A stretch of DNA of 63,612 nucleotides, filler included, from Phoronis australis (GCA_002633005.1; 7 parts of 7 records of this genome joined end to end with filler, not necessarily neighbours in it); one strand, 5' to 3'. Positions 50,612 through 62,416 are shown, counted from the whole stretch's first letter. Numbers and translations: made by a program. Notes: generated by a model from the letters alone, not told the origin.

Positions 50612-51279
50612 CTACAAACAGTCAAACAGGACAAGACTGACAAGGCACCCACAAAACAGGAATTTAGTCTGACAAGTCACTCACCAAACATGTATTAAGA
50701 CCGACAAGACACTCAACAAACATGAATTAAGACTTTGATGTTATTAGTAAAAGGACTTTGCGAGCAAAACACTGCATCATCATAGTGTCATTTCATCAGT
50801 AGGTGTAAGTCGACCAAAGATAGTATTGGACAAGTCCAGCGTTTCAGCGCATTAGAAATAATTGGGACTTCTTGTTTCCAACTGGATCCTTAAAATAATT
50901 GGAACGTAATGAATGGCCGCAAATTGATATATAGTGCCAATTTGCCAACCTTTTAACTTCAGAGTTCACAGAAGTTGTAGCCCTTTAATTGTAATTTTAA
51001 AATCGAAGTCCCTTTGCATATCCAGAATCAGGGCATTAATAAATTTTTGAACAGATCTGTAAATTAATGACGACTTGTGAATGTAAATAACGAACTCGAC
51101 AAAATTGTGTTTCTAGGATTTTCTAAAAATCCATATTGTCAAATATGAAATTGATAGCTTGACACAAACAATTTTAGTAGCACCAAATTATGCAATTTTG
51201 TAAGCGTTTGCATCAATAGAAAGAACAAAAATACCACTCAGTGTTAAAAGCAATACATAAAAGAAAACATTTTTATTAC

Positions 51280-51333
51280 CAGCAGATGAAGAGCCTGCAC
51301 CAACACTCGAACCAGCAGCTGACGAAGACAAAG
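51280..51333 (-). CDS. Repeat microexon 7 (ALSSSAAGSSVGAGSSSA)
   Basis: 54 nt, TTTGCAG acceptor, GT donor, phase 1-1. Confidence 0.85.
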
Positions 51334-51920
51334 CTGCAAACAGTCAAACATCACAAGACTTACAAGGCACTCAACAAACATGCATTAAGACTTTGATGTT
51401 ATTAGTAAAAGGACTTTACGAGCAAAACACTGCATAATCATGCGGTCATTTCATGCAAGTCGACCACTGATAGTATTGGTCAAGTGCAGCGTTTGAGCGC
51501 ATTAGAAATAATTGTGACCTCTTGTTTCCAGCTGGATCCTTAAAATAATTATAACGTAATAGATGGGGGCAATTTGAAATATAGTGACAATTTGCCAATC
51601 TTTCAACTTCAGAATTCACAGAAGTTGGATTGCAATTTTAAAATAAAATTCTTTCTGCATAGTTGTAATTAGGCCACTGGATATTTTTTCAATGAATTTG
51701 CACATTGATCAAAAATTGTGAGTGTAAAAAAAAAGAACTCGACACTGTTATTCCGTCGGATTTTCTAAACATGCATATTGTGAAATGTACAATTGATAGC
51801 TTGACACATATAACATTAATAACCCCTATTAGTGCAATTAAATGAGTGATTTCATCAATAGAAAGAGCAAAAATATCACCCACTGTTAAAAGCAATACAT
51901 GAAAGAAGCCATTTTATTAC

Positions 51921-51974
51921 CAGCAGATGATGAGCCGGCACCAACACTCGAACCAGCAGCCGACGAAGACAAAG
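51921..51974 (-). CDS. Repeat microexon 6 (ALSSSAAGSSVGAGSSSA)
   Basis: 54 nt, AG/GT intact, phase 1-1. Confidence 0.85.
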
Positions 51975-52644
51975 CTACAAACAGTCAAACAGGACAAGAC
52001 TGACAAGGCACTCGACAAACGTGAGATAAGACTGACAAGGCACCCAACAAGCATTATTAAGGCTGACAAGACAATCAGCAAACATGAATTAAGGCTTAGT
52101 GTTATTAGTTGAAAGACTTTACGAGCAAAATATCAAATAATTGTGGCGTCATTTAATCAGTAGATGTAAGTCAAAAATGATATCATTAAGCCTGTGCAGT
52201 GCCTGTGCCTTGTAGAAACAATTGGGGCTATTTCTTTCAAAGTGGATTCTTAAAAAAATTTGAACGTAATGGATGGCCGCAAATTGAAATATAGTGCAAG
52301 TTTGCTAATCTTTGGATTTCAGAGTTCACTGAATTTGGATCTCTTTAATTATAATGTTGAATTTTCCTTTGCATATCGAGAATCAGGCCATTCGTAATTG
52401 TTTCGATGCATTTGCACATTGAGGGCAGATAGGTATTAAAATGCAAATTAAAATGCAAATTTGACACAATTATGTCTGTCGGATTTTCTAAAAATGAATA
52501 TTGTGAAATGTACTATTGCTACCTTGACACAAATGATCTTATTCGCACCCAGTTAATGCAATTTTCTAAGTGTTTTCATCAATAGAAAGAACACAAAACC
52601 ATTCAGTGTTTAAAGCAATACATATAAGAAGCCATTTTTATTAC

Positions 52645-52698
52645 CAGCAGACGACGAGCTGGCACCAACACTCGAAGCAGAAGCGGACGAAGACAAAC
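52645..52698 (-). CDS. Repeat microexon 5 (GLSSSASASSVGASSSSA)
   Basis: 54 nt, AG/GT intact; the most divergent copy, but the changes are only among G/A/S. Confidence 0.85.
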
Positions 52699-53184
52699 CT
52701 ACAAACAGTCAAACAGGACAAGACTGACAAGACACTCGACAAACATGAGTTAAGACTGACAAGGCACTCAACAAACATGAATTAAGACTGACAAGACACT
52801 GGACCATTAAAATAATTTGAACAAAATGGATAGCTGCAAATTGAGATATAGCGCCAATTTGCCAGTCTTTCAACTTCACAATTCACAGAAGTTGGATCAC
52901 TTTAAATTCCAAAATCCCTTTGCATATCCGGAATCAGGCCATTAATATTTTTTCAATAAATTTGTACAATGATGACAAATTGTGAATGTGAAAAACGAAT
53001 TCAAAACCATTGCGTCTGTCGGATTTTGTAAAAATCCATATTGTGAAATGTACAATTGATAGCTTGACACAAATGATTTTAATAGCACCAATTAATGCAA
53101 TTTTGTAAGCGTTTTCGTTAATAGAAAGAACAAAAATGCCACTCAGTGTTAAAAGCAATACATATAAGAAGCCATTTTTATTAC

Positions 53185-53238
53185 CAGCAGAGGATGAGCC
53201 CGCACCAACACTCGAACCAGCAGCTGACGAAGACGAAG
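53185..53238 (-). CDS. Repeat microexon 4 (ASSSSAAGSSVGAGSSSA)
   Basis: 54 nt, AG/GT intact, phase 1-1. Confidence 0.85.
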
Positions 53239-53885
53239 CTACAAACAGTCAAACACCACAAGACTGACAAGACACTCAACAAACATGAATTAAGACTGAC
53301 AAGGCACCCGACAAACATGAATTAAGATTGACAAGGGACTCAACAAACATGAATTAGGACATGGATGTTATTAGCTGACGGACATGACGAGCAAAACACT
53401 ACATAATCATGGCGGTATTTCATCCGTAGATGTAAGTCAAAAACCATATGTCATAAGGCATGTGCAGCGCTTCTTTGTTATAGAAACAATTGCGGCTTTT
53501 TGTTTCAAATTGGTTCTTAAGATAATAATAGATGGCTGCAAATTGAAATATAGTGACAATTTGCTAGTCTTTCATCTTCACAGTTCACAGACTTTGGACC
53601 TCTTTAAATTCCAAAATCCCTTTGCATATCCGGAATCAGGTCATAAATATTTTTTTAATAAATTTGTACAATGACGACAAATTTTGAATGTGAAAAACGA
53701 ACTCGAAAGTATTGTGTCTGTCGGATTTTGTAAAAATTAATATTGTGAAATGTACAATTTATAGCCTGACTCAAATAATTTTATAGTACTAATTAATACA
53801 ATATTGTAAGCTTTTTGGTCAATAGAAAGAACAAAAATGCCACTCAGTGTTAAAAGCAATACATAAAATAAAACATTTTTATTAC

Positions 53886-53939
53886 CAGCAGATGATGAGC
53901 CTGCACCAACACTCGAACCAGCAGCTGACGAAGACAAAG
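53886..53939 (-). CDS. Repeat microexon 3 (ALSSSAAGSSVGAGSSSA)
   Basis: 54 nt, AG/GT intact, phase 1-1. Confidence 0.85.
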
Positions 53940-54652
53940 CTACAAACAGTCAAACAGGACAAGACTGACAAGACACTCGACAAACATGAGTTAAGACTGA
54001 CAAGACACCCAACAAACATGAGTTAAGACTGACAAGGCACCCAACAAACATGAGTTAAGACTGACAAGGCACCCAACAGATATGAATTAAGATTGACAAG
54101 GGACTCAACAAACATGAATTAGGACATGGATGTTATTAGCTGACGGGCATGACGAGCAAAACACTACATAATCATGGCGGCATTTCATCCGTAGATGTAA
54201 GTCAAAAACCATATATCATTAGGCATGTGCATCGCTTGTTTGTTATAGGAACAATTGGGGCTGTTTGTTTCAAATTGGATTCTTAAGATAATAATAGATT
54301 GCTGCAAATTGAAATATAGTGCCAATTTGCTAGTCTTTCATTTTCACAGTTCACAGAGTTTGGATCTCTTTAAATTCCAAAATCCCTTTGCATATCCGGA
54401 ATCAGGTCATTAATATTTTTTCAATAAATTTTTACAATGACGACAAATTTTGAAATTGAAAAACGAACTCGAAAGCATTGTGTCTGTCGGATTTTGTAAA
54501 AATTAATATTGTGAAATGTACAATTTATAGCCTGACTCAGATAATTTTAATAGTACCAATTAATAAAATTTTGTAAGCGTTTTCATCAATAGAAAGAACA
54601 AAAATGCCACTCAGTGTTAAAAGCAATACATAAAAGAAAACATTTTTATTAC

Positions 54653-54706
54653 CAGCAGATGATGAGCCTGCACCAACACTTGAACCAGCAGCTGACGAAG
54701 ACGAAG
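54653..54706 (-). CDS. Repeat microexon 2 (ASSSSAAGSSVGAGSSSA)
   Basis: 54 nt, AG/GT intact, phase 1-1. Confidence 0.85.
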
Positions 54707-55355
54707 CTACAAACAGTCAAACAGGACAAGACTGACAAGGCACTCAACAAACATGAATTAAGACTGACAAGGCACCCAACAAACATGAACTAAGATTGAG
54801 CAGAGACTCAACAAACATGAATTAGGTCATGGATGTTATTAGCTGACGGACATGACGAGCAAAACACTACATAATCATGGCGGCATTTCATCCGTAGATG
54901 TAAGTGAAAAACCAACCATATCATTAGGCATGTGCAACGCTTGTTTGCTTTAGAAACAATTGCGGCTCTTTGTTTCAAATTGGATCCTTAAAATAAAAAA
55001 CAGATGGCTGCAAATTGAAATATAGCGCCAATTTGGCAATTTTTCAACTTCACAAGTCACAGAAGTTGGCTCTCTTTAACTATAATTTTGAAATTAAAAT
55101 CCCTTTCCATGCCGAGAATCAGGTAATTAATAATTGTTTCAATACATTTCCGCAGATGGCAAATCGCGATACATGTATTGAAATGCATATTAGGCACCGT
55201 TACGTCTGCCGGATTTTTTAAAAATGAATATTGTGAAATGTATAATTTTAATAGCACTAATTAATGCAATTGAGTAATCGTTTTCAACTACTAAAAGAAC
55301 AAAACTACCTCTCCTTGTCAAAAAGTAACACACAAAAGAAGCCAATTTTTATTAC

Positions 55356-55409
55356 CAGCAGATGATGAGCCCGCAACAACACTCGAACCAGCAGCTGACG
55401 AAGACGAAG
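55356..55409 (-). CDS. Repeat microexon 1 (ASSSSAAGSSVVAGSSSA)
   Basis: 54 nt, AG/GT intact, phase 1-1. Confidence 0.85.
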
Positions 55410-55791
55410 CTACAAACAGTCAAGACGACAGCACTGACCACACTTTCAACAAATATGAAATAAAACTGACAAGGCACTCAACAATTATGACTGAGACTGA
55501 CAAGGCACTCAACAAACATGAATTCAGACTGGTAAGGCACTCAACAAACATAGAATTGAGACACCAATGCCGTAAGTTTTCCTATTTCAAGCCTGGGCTG
55601 CATTAGACATATCGGCATCCTAAACTTGTAATTAAATATTTCTTACGTAGAAGTAACGGAACTTGAGTAATGTACATCTGATTGCTTGGCGTGAATTATT
55701 TCTCAGCAGCATTTTACACAAGGTGTAAAATAAACGGCAAAAAACAACACTTCTTTTTTATAAAAGTTTTTAAAAGAAGCCATTTTATTAC

Positions 55792-55820
55792 CAGCTGATG
55801 ATGAGACGTCACTAGCATTC
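55792..55820 (-). CDS. Partial exon (..NASDVSSSA); 5' part hidden by the N at 55821
   Basis: Same G|GTAATAAAATGGCTTC donor as the array; intermediate between the N-rich exons and the repeat exons. Confidence 0.6.
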
Positions 55821-56199
55821 NTACTTATGTGACTAGTTGCCACAATGCAACTCAATTTGAATTAGTATGGTAGTTTGAGCTTGACCAATACTTTGCATTG
55901 GACAAAGATTTTAGAATGATTACCTCGCACTTGATCCCGGATTGTTTTGAACGAAAGTGCGCTGATACCATGTACCAAAAAGCATTTGTTATGGAAATGA
56001 ACATGGACCAGAAAGGTTATGACTTTGAAAATCTTGAAATTCATCTTTGATAATTAAGTTTGTCAACATATAATTGGTAGAAAAGTTTATGAATTAAGGT
56101 GAAAAGCAAAGCAGTTGCTTTTGATTGACCTGGTTTAATTTCTGCTCGCCATTGGTATATAGAAAGAGAAGGCAGTGGTAGAAATATGAGTTCGCTTAC

Positions 56200-56247
56200 C
56201 TTGGCTGGTGGCGTTTACTGTCTGGGAAGCTCCCATCGAGGAGGAGC
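56200..56247 (-). CDS. Secreted low-complexity protein exon (GSSSMGASQTVNATSQ)
   Basis: 48 nt, TTGACTGTTGTAG acceptor (resembles the array acceptors), AG|GTAAGC donor, phase 1-1. Confidence 0.85.
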
Positions 56248-56885
56248 CTACAACAGTCAAAAATAACTTAAGCTGCAAGAGCGAGAGACACATGCAGTAC
56301 CAAGTATTCAAATTCAATCTTAAATTTCATGAAAAACTTGTATGTAAAAGACATATTTGCAAAATCACCTGGACAGGCTTAGTCATGAGATTGGATCGAA
56401 AGCTTTTTCAAACATTTCATAAACATCAGCAATGATGCATTGCACAGACATTTAGTTTTCATGTGACTAGGTGACAGTGTATTAGCAGTTATTACACGAT
56501 GAATGATACTAATATTCTCCGACTGGCTGAAATGCAGTACGATAACTCCCGATATACCGCAATGTTGACCAATGTGTCCGTGGAATACCGCTTTACGTTC
56601 ATACCGCCTGAACATCAGACTTGACCAATCAGAAGCCATATAAGCCATAAACCCTGACATCTACGAGAGCGGACGAAGTCAGTGCATAAAAGCGAAAAGA
56701 ACAAGCTAATCTTATAAGAAACAAAAATCAGAGGAAATAAGCATCAATGGTCATGAAATAAAACAAATACAGACCTATCCCGCGAGCGTACCAGGTCATA
56801 CGAGCATCAGGAAAGCGACGCTGTTTTCCCGCGGTCCATATGACATGATATCGCCCTCGTACATAGAAACGTTATCAAAATTTAC

Positions 56886-57065
56886 CGTTAACACTTGAAG
56901 TCGCATTAATGGGTGCACTTGAGTTGGCGTTTACCGATGAAGACGCTGTCGCATTTGTCGATACAGTTGCATTCGCGTTTGTCGAAGAACTTGCAGTTAT
57001 ATTTGATGGACTTGAAGTCGCATTTGATGCTGCAGTTGATGTAGCCTGCACCGCCGATGACGATC
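56886..57065 (-). CDS. Secreted low-complexity protein exon, 60 codons, Ser/Thr/Asn/Ala-rich
   Basis: 180 nt, TTTTATTACAG / G|GTAAAT; GSSSAVQATSTAASNATSSPSNITASSSTNANATVSTNATASSSVNANSSAPINATSSVN. Confidence 0.9.
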
Positions 57066-57349
57066 CTGTAATAAAACACATAAATCAGCGAATGAAGAGG
57101 ATTTTGAAATTCCTTATTCCTCTATTCATCCCATGTGTGCTCTGATCATGTTCTGTACAAAAAAATTCGCCAAATGTGTGTAACTACTTATTTCGTTTTA
57201 CCCTAATAACAATCACTTGATACTTCATTTTCAATATTATTTTGCTTGTGTGAATTAAGTAAGCGATTAAAGCAATTGAGTAATAACCCGGTATAGTTGA
57301 CCGGTACATTATTATTTCCAGAGTTCGTATAATTTTCGACATAATTTAC

Positions 57350-57469
57350 CGTTAGCAGTTGAAGTCTGATTTGATGTTACAGTGCCGTTAGAGATGCCGG
57401 AGGTCGATGACGCTGTAGTTGTATTGGCTTGCGCTGTAGATGTAGCATTCACGGTTACAATTGTTGTAC
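57350..57469 (-). CDS. Secreted low-complexity protein exon, 40 codons
   Basis: 120 nt, TTTTACTGTAG / G|GTAAAT; (C)TTIVTVNATSTAQANTTTASSTSGISNGTVTSNQTSTAN. Confidence 0.88.
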
Positions 57470-58435
57470 CTACAGTAAAATGTATAAATCATTGAACACA
57501 TGGAATTCTGTTTGACTTACTCTTGTATGTTTAATTCAAAAGTTGGATCAAACCTTTTCAGCTGCATTGCGCTTACTTAAAACTTGACGTCTACAGCATT
57601 CTGCATATGTCGCTGACATACGTAAGGATGACGCTAACAAATCGGCTGACTTCTGGCCTAATATAGTTGACTCTAGCATGTAAATCACTCGTTTCCGGAA
57701 CTGCAGAAAGCTTACGGTGTAGAAAACAAAGATATTTGTTAGTAAGAATACTATATCTTTTCTGAAAGCAGAATTTGGTTTTTGCGTTAATACTAATCTG
57801 TTGTTGCACGTGACCATGTTTGTTTTAGTAAAATTTAGCATAAAAGAAAGGTTCGCTCATAACAAAATAACGACATCAATTACGCAATATCGTTTAATGT
57901 AAATGATCAGAATACGAAATCTCAAAAACAGTGTTACAGTTCTCTTTGTCGTCATTTCATCTTCATTTTATGTAATTTGTCATTTCTCTATGAATATCGT
58001 AATAGTCCCATTCTTTAATAGCCCCTCATGCAAATAAGAATCAATTTTAAAGTAATTCCAAATACCGTTTTGAAAAACAGTATCTGAAAATTTAGTTTTT
58101 CTAATATAGTCGTGGAATTGAAAGGGGTCATTACAAATGTATTTCTACTGGTAAAAATTGTTGTCTTCGTCTTTGTGCCTGCTGGTATAAATTTAAGACT
58201 TGACAGAGGAGAACAGTAGAACTTAACATCATCATATTCGAATTTGAAAAAGAAATACAAAGCTCTGAATACACACACATAGTCGACTTTTCATGGTCGG
58301 TGACGTCAATGGTACTTCGCTATTGGTCAGTACTTAGGTTATGAAAGTAAGTAGCTAACTGATGTTAAAGCAATGATATCACTCTCGTTAGTTTCAAGAC
58401 AGTTTATCCGTGACTACAACATATTTTCAACTTAC

Positions 58436-58505
58436 AAGTAACTCTTGCGACACCCAAGACTGCGACAAGCAGCACGCACGCGTGCCACTGTACCTGCAAG
58501 TTCAT
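58436..58505 (-). CDS. Signal-peptide exon (start codon) of the secreted low-complexity protein
   Basis: TCTTTTTCAG|A-ATG; MNLQVQWHACVLLVAVLGVARVT has a hydrophobic core; T|GTAAGT phase-1 donor fits all downstream exons. Confidence 0.85.
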
Positions 58506-58619
58506 TCTGAAAAAGACAGATTCGTTTTACAGCTATGCTTCATTTTTTTCATCTTGCCAGTAAGACTTTAAGAACAGTACGCGCAACCATTCAGTGTACA
58601 TCGGTTTGTTTGGATACTG

Positions 58620-58929
58620 CCGTGGCGGACTTAGGGGGGGGGGGGCAAGGTCCCCCCTAAAATTCTCCCAGATACCATTTAGGAGTTCGGGGTGCGAATT
58701 GGTGAGTAGCATATGCGCGCACCCAGGGGTTTCGAGGAGCGCATATACAATGCATAGGCCTTGAACAAAGCACGTTTACCGGTTTTTTTTAGTGATAAGG
58801 TCCACAAACCCAAAAATTCGAGACCCTTGAATCCCTACGTTTTAGGCTGGGCGCGCGCATGTGGCAAAATTCTGGTTATTCCTGTGCCCTGACCCTCCCT
58901 CCCAACTCAAAATCCTGGATCCTCCCCTG
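58620..58929. mobile_element. MITE family B carrying a nested family A MITE (58710-58861)
   Basis: Flanks match 41542-41699; the insert matches 6841-7109 and 8589-8850. Confidence 0.7.
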
Positions 58930-59822
58930 ATAGTGAAGTAACGTACTGATTGTCAGAAACTTCCCGAAACCAGGTTTTTATCTCATCAAATTTCGTCAAT
59001 CATTTCAAATTTTTTACTGATCCCTATCAACAAATCTGCTAACATGGCCAACACAGTGCGTTTTGTTGACTATTCGCTTACATGTGAGCCTAACAACTGT
59101 AGAAAAATCAATTTTTTGAGCTAATTAGTGTATACAACACGGGGGCTTTGTTAATATTGACACACATTACTATGGCGCGTTTAGAATTTGTGACTTAAAC
59201 GCATAACAAGTTAAAGCCTATGTAAACGATATCTTGTTGTCAAAAAATGGACTGTTTTCACAGCCACTGACGTATTTGCTCTTGCAACAATAGTTGGGTG
59301 AACCAAAGTTAGTTTTCACAAAAGGCTTCGGTTTGTTGCTCATTTAAATAAGGTTTTATTCGTTGAGAAACGAGTGACGTGACCCTTTCAATCTGAAGCA
59401 AACGCCAAAGAAGATCAATCGCAAGAACATGTATTTTTTAATAAACTGATATTCGTTTGCTAATGAATGATGAAAATTCCAATCATGGAACAAACTCTGT
59501 TTTCTCAGTAGCACGTTTCCTCAACGTTGAATGTCTTGACTGCGCGTCTAGTTCACACGAAGTGATGTTTTTTTCGTTCCCATCGCGACAAATTCTGTTT
59601 ACCTGGCACACATGCGTCATAAAGCCTTCGGCAAAGAAATCTCGGCAGCGACTCGCACCAAGTGGTAATCCAAATATCACGTGGACAAAAGCGCCATTCA
59701 AAAACGCATGTTTAAAATGGTAAACGCAAATTCGCCATTGTCTACATAGTGTTTGCAGAAGCATAATTCCTTTTTATATTTTTTGTGTTCAATGCCAACA
59801 TTTGCTTTTGTGTTTGTCTTAC

Positions 59823-59915
59823 CAGCCTTGTTAAGCGTTGATTTAGAAAATTTTACTGGAGCTGTGACGCGGAAAAATGCGTCAGTCTACATGTAGATCG
59901 CCAATTCTTTCTATA
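59823..59915 (-). promoter_or_regulatory. Candidate non-coding first exon and TATA-like box of the secreted-protein gene
   Basis: CTG|GTAAGA donor at 59822; TATAGAA about 90 nt upstream. An upstream exon is required because the ATG exon starts with an acceptor. Confidence 0.3.
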
Positions 59916-60246
59916 GCTGCTATGCTTATGTGACGAGAGAAAATCAAGTGATCTCAGCAAAATACCAAACTAGTTACCGTAAAGGTGTAGATTTTTCAAG
60001 AACAAATCGTTAACTATTTTATTGAAAACCTAGTTTTGATGATTCATTTTACAAAAAGTTCGAAAAGATTGGAAATTTAAAGTAACAANNNNNNNNNNNN
60101 NNNNNNNNNNNNNNNNNNNNNNNNNNNNNNNNTTAATTAATTAANNNNNNNNNNNNNNNNNNNNNNNNNNNNNNNNNNNNNNNNNNNNAACATTTTCACA
60201 TTTTACAACAACGAGGAAACTATTGAGGAGCAGGAAATTTACTTAC

Positions 60247-60444
60247 CAGTAGCCTATTTAATTTCTGCATGGTTCAAGACCCAGTCCACCTCAGGCTATC
60301 TCTTCTGTTCTGCCACCTTTAAAAGTTACTTCGCTTTCCAAGAGTTGAGGGTGGCAGTTTGCAATCATCTCCCTTGCACAAACCCAACACTTGGGAACTA
60401 CTTCTACACTGCCCTCATCAGTGAAATACACATCAGCATACATT
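60247..60444 (-). pseudogene. Degenerate exon resembling the N-terminus of transposon-associated DUF4806/BEN-type proteins
   Basis: AG|A-ATG..GTAAGT-bounded; MYADVYFTDEGSVEVVPKCWV, then frameshifted CKLPP and PEVDW. Confidence 0.4.
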
Positions 60445-60811
60445 CTGAAACACAATGAGTACCAATCAATAACATGTTAAAATAGTTATAAGCACGTCTT
60501 TTCATTGTTCTTCCACGAGCAAGTCGAATTGCTATGGCTCTCCTTGGCCTGGGAATGCAATATTGATAAATCCTGTATCACCCTTGTAAGCGTTACAAGC
60601 TTATAAATGTCATCGAAAAAGATAAATAAACTATATATTTGTTTAGGATTGCGGTTTTGATGTGCCTTTTAATTTCATTTTAATGAAGTTGTTTATTAAA
60701 ACTAGTCTCTGATTCTGGATATGTTGTGTCCATACGTTGTATTATTACTTGTCTGAATAGAGATGATAAGAAAAAGTCAGCAACAATAACAGAGACTCCA
60801 CAAACTGTGTT

Positions 60812-61198
60812 GACTTGTCACTGCACAGAGTTTAAATTTTGTCATGATGAGTTTGGCTTACCGGTACTTGTGAAAAGTTTGAAAACCTATGCAATAAGTT
60901 TGTAGTGCAGTGTAATGAGAGATTATTTCTCAACCAAACTACATTTTGAATTTTTGGAACCAGGTCAATACACATTCCAATGCTTACAATAACTTCCCAC
61001 AGACTTGTCACTGCACAGAGTTTAAATTTTGTCATGATGAGTTTGGCTTACCGGTACTTGTGAAAAGTTTGAAAACCAATGCAATAAGTTTGTAGTGCAG
61101 TGTAACGAGAGATTAGTAATTTCTCAACCAAACTACAACATTTTGAATTTTTGGAACCAGGTCAATACACATTCCGATGCTTACAATAACTTCCCACA
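60812..61198. repeat. ~190-bp direct tandem duplication
   Basis: GACTTGTCACTGCACAGAG starts at 60812 and 61002; the copies differ by small indels and substitutions. Confidence 0.9.
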
Positions 61199-61769
61199 GT
61201 ATTTACAGGAGCTTTCGAACATATACATGAATTATATAACTCCAGTCGAGATCTGTGAGCTAACACCTTCATTGCAACTTTCTTCTTTTCCGTTTTCGCA
61301 TGCTTTGAAGTTTAAATTTACTCAAGTAAATTCCACTGATTTTTGTAGTGCAATCTTACCAGTGTGTGACACACATGCCTTTCAATCGGGGTCACTCTAA
61401 TCCCAATCAAAAGTCAAGCTGTAGCCATTCACAACAATCAATCTGACAACCCACTTGTCACGTACGTAGACTACGGAGTGGCGAGATAGCAAACCTTGCC
61501 AAATTTATGGCATATCTATGTAAGCGTCCAGAGCTACATAATATCTTATTCAGTACTCCCATTTTCATGGGATATATCTGAGGTACGATNGTGGCGAGAT
61601 AGCAAACCTTGCCAAATTTATGGCGTATCTATGTAAGCGTCCAGAGTTACATAATATCTTATTCAGTACTCCCATTTTCATGGGATATATCTGAGGTACG
61701 ATCTAAGATATCGAAACAAGCTCTCATGCAAGGGCCATGGCTATGATATTTCGGCTTTACAGTCTCACT

Positions 61770-62146
61770 GTAGGGAGGACAACGTTTTTTTACATTTTTT
61801 TACATAACAATACCCATAAGTCATACATTTTTGAAAAGCCCTTGGTGTGAAAAATGAAATGGTGCAAAAATCAGAAAAATTAGATGAACGGTTGACGAGA
61901 AAATGGCCGTTGAAACGCGACGATTATGCGTAAAATATCTGCCTTTTTACATAATTTCGTAAAAAATAAGAGAATATACATGTGCTGCATATAAATAGAT
62001 TCGTCTCATTGAGAAGGTAACGATTTATAACTCAAAATTGTCTTATAGTTAACATTGAAGTCTGAAATCGGGTAATTTACCGACGTGGGTTTTACATGGA
62101 GGCAGATATGGAGCACCGTGACCTACTTTTTGATTGTCCTCCCTAC
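61770..62146. mobile_element. MITE with 13-bp TIR
   Basis: GTAGGGAGGACAA / TTGTCCTCCCTAC. Confidence 0.55.
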
Positions 62147-62416
62147 TCACTGCATAACCATAATGATAATCAAAACACAATCTGGGTACTGGCAGTAGAA
62201 TAATTGAATTTAGAAATTAGTGGTCCCTGATTTTGAGAACCAGACAAGCAATAAGTAGCAGACATGTTTTTGGCGTGGATGAAACTGCTATGATCACCAA
62301 TATTTTCGACCACAGCNNNNNNNNNNNNNNNNNNNNNNNNNNNNNNNNNNNNNNNNNNNNTTAATTAATTAANNNNNNNNNNNNNNNNNNNNNNNNNNNN
62401 NNNNNNNNNNNNNNNN

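Larger units (their letters stand above)
47539..55560 (-). repeat. Tandem array of at least 12 exon+intron units (497-767 bp) of the Ser/Ala/Gly-rich gene
   Basis: Exon-to-exon spacings 712, 707, 497, 653, 722, 641, 724, 540, 701, 767, 703. Each intron holds a variable number of 32-nt GACTGACAAGGCACTCAACAAACATGAATTAA units. Confidence 0.95.

Noticed and set aside
49330-52785. Plus-strand ORFs in the array (HQHSNQQRTKTKLQ / ADDEPAPTLE)
   Set aside because: Antisense shadows; splice sites and synonymous variation fit only the minus-strand frame.
57577-57700. Extra exon of the secreted protein
   Set aside because: AG and GT are present, but the phase-1 frame hits TAG and the composition does not match.
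61478-61702. 112-bp direct repeat
   Set aside because: The copies flank a single N at 61590; most likely an unmerged assembly overlap.
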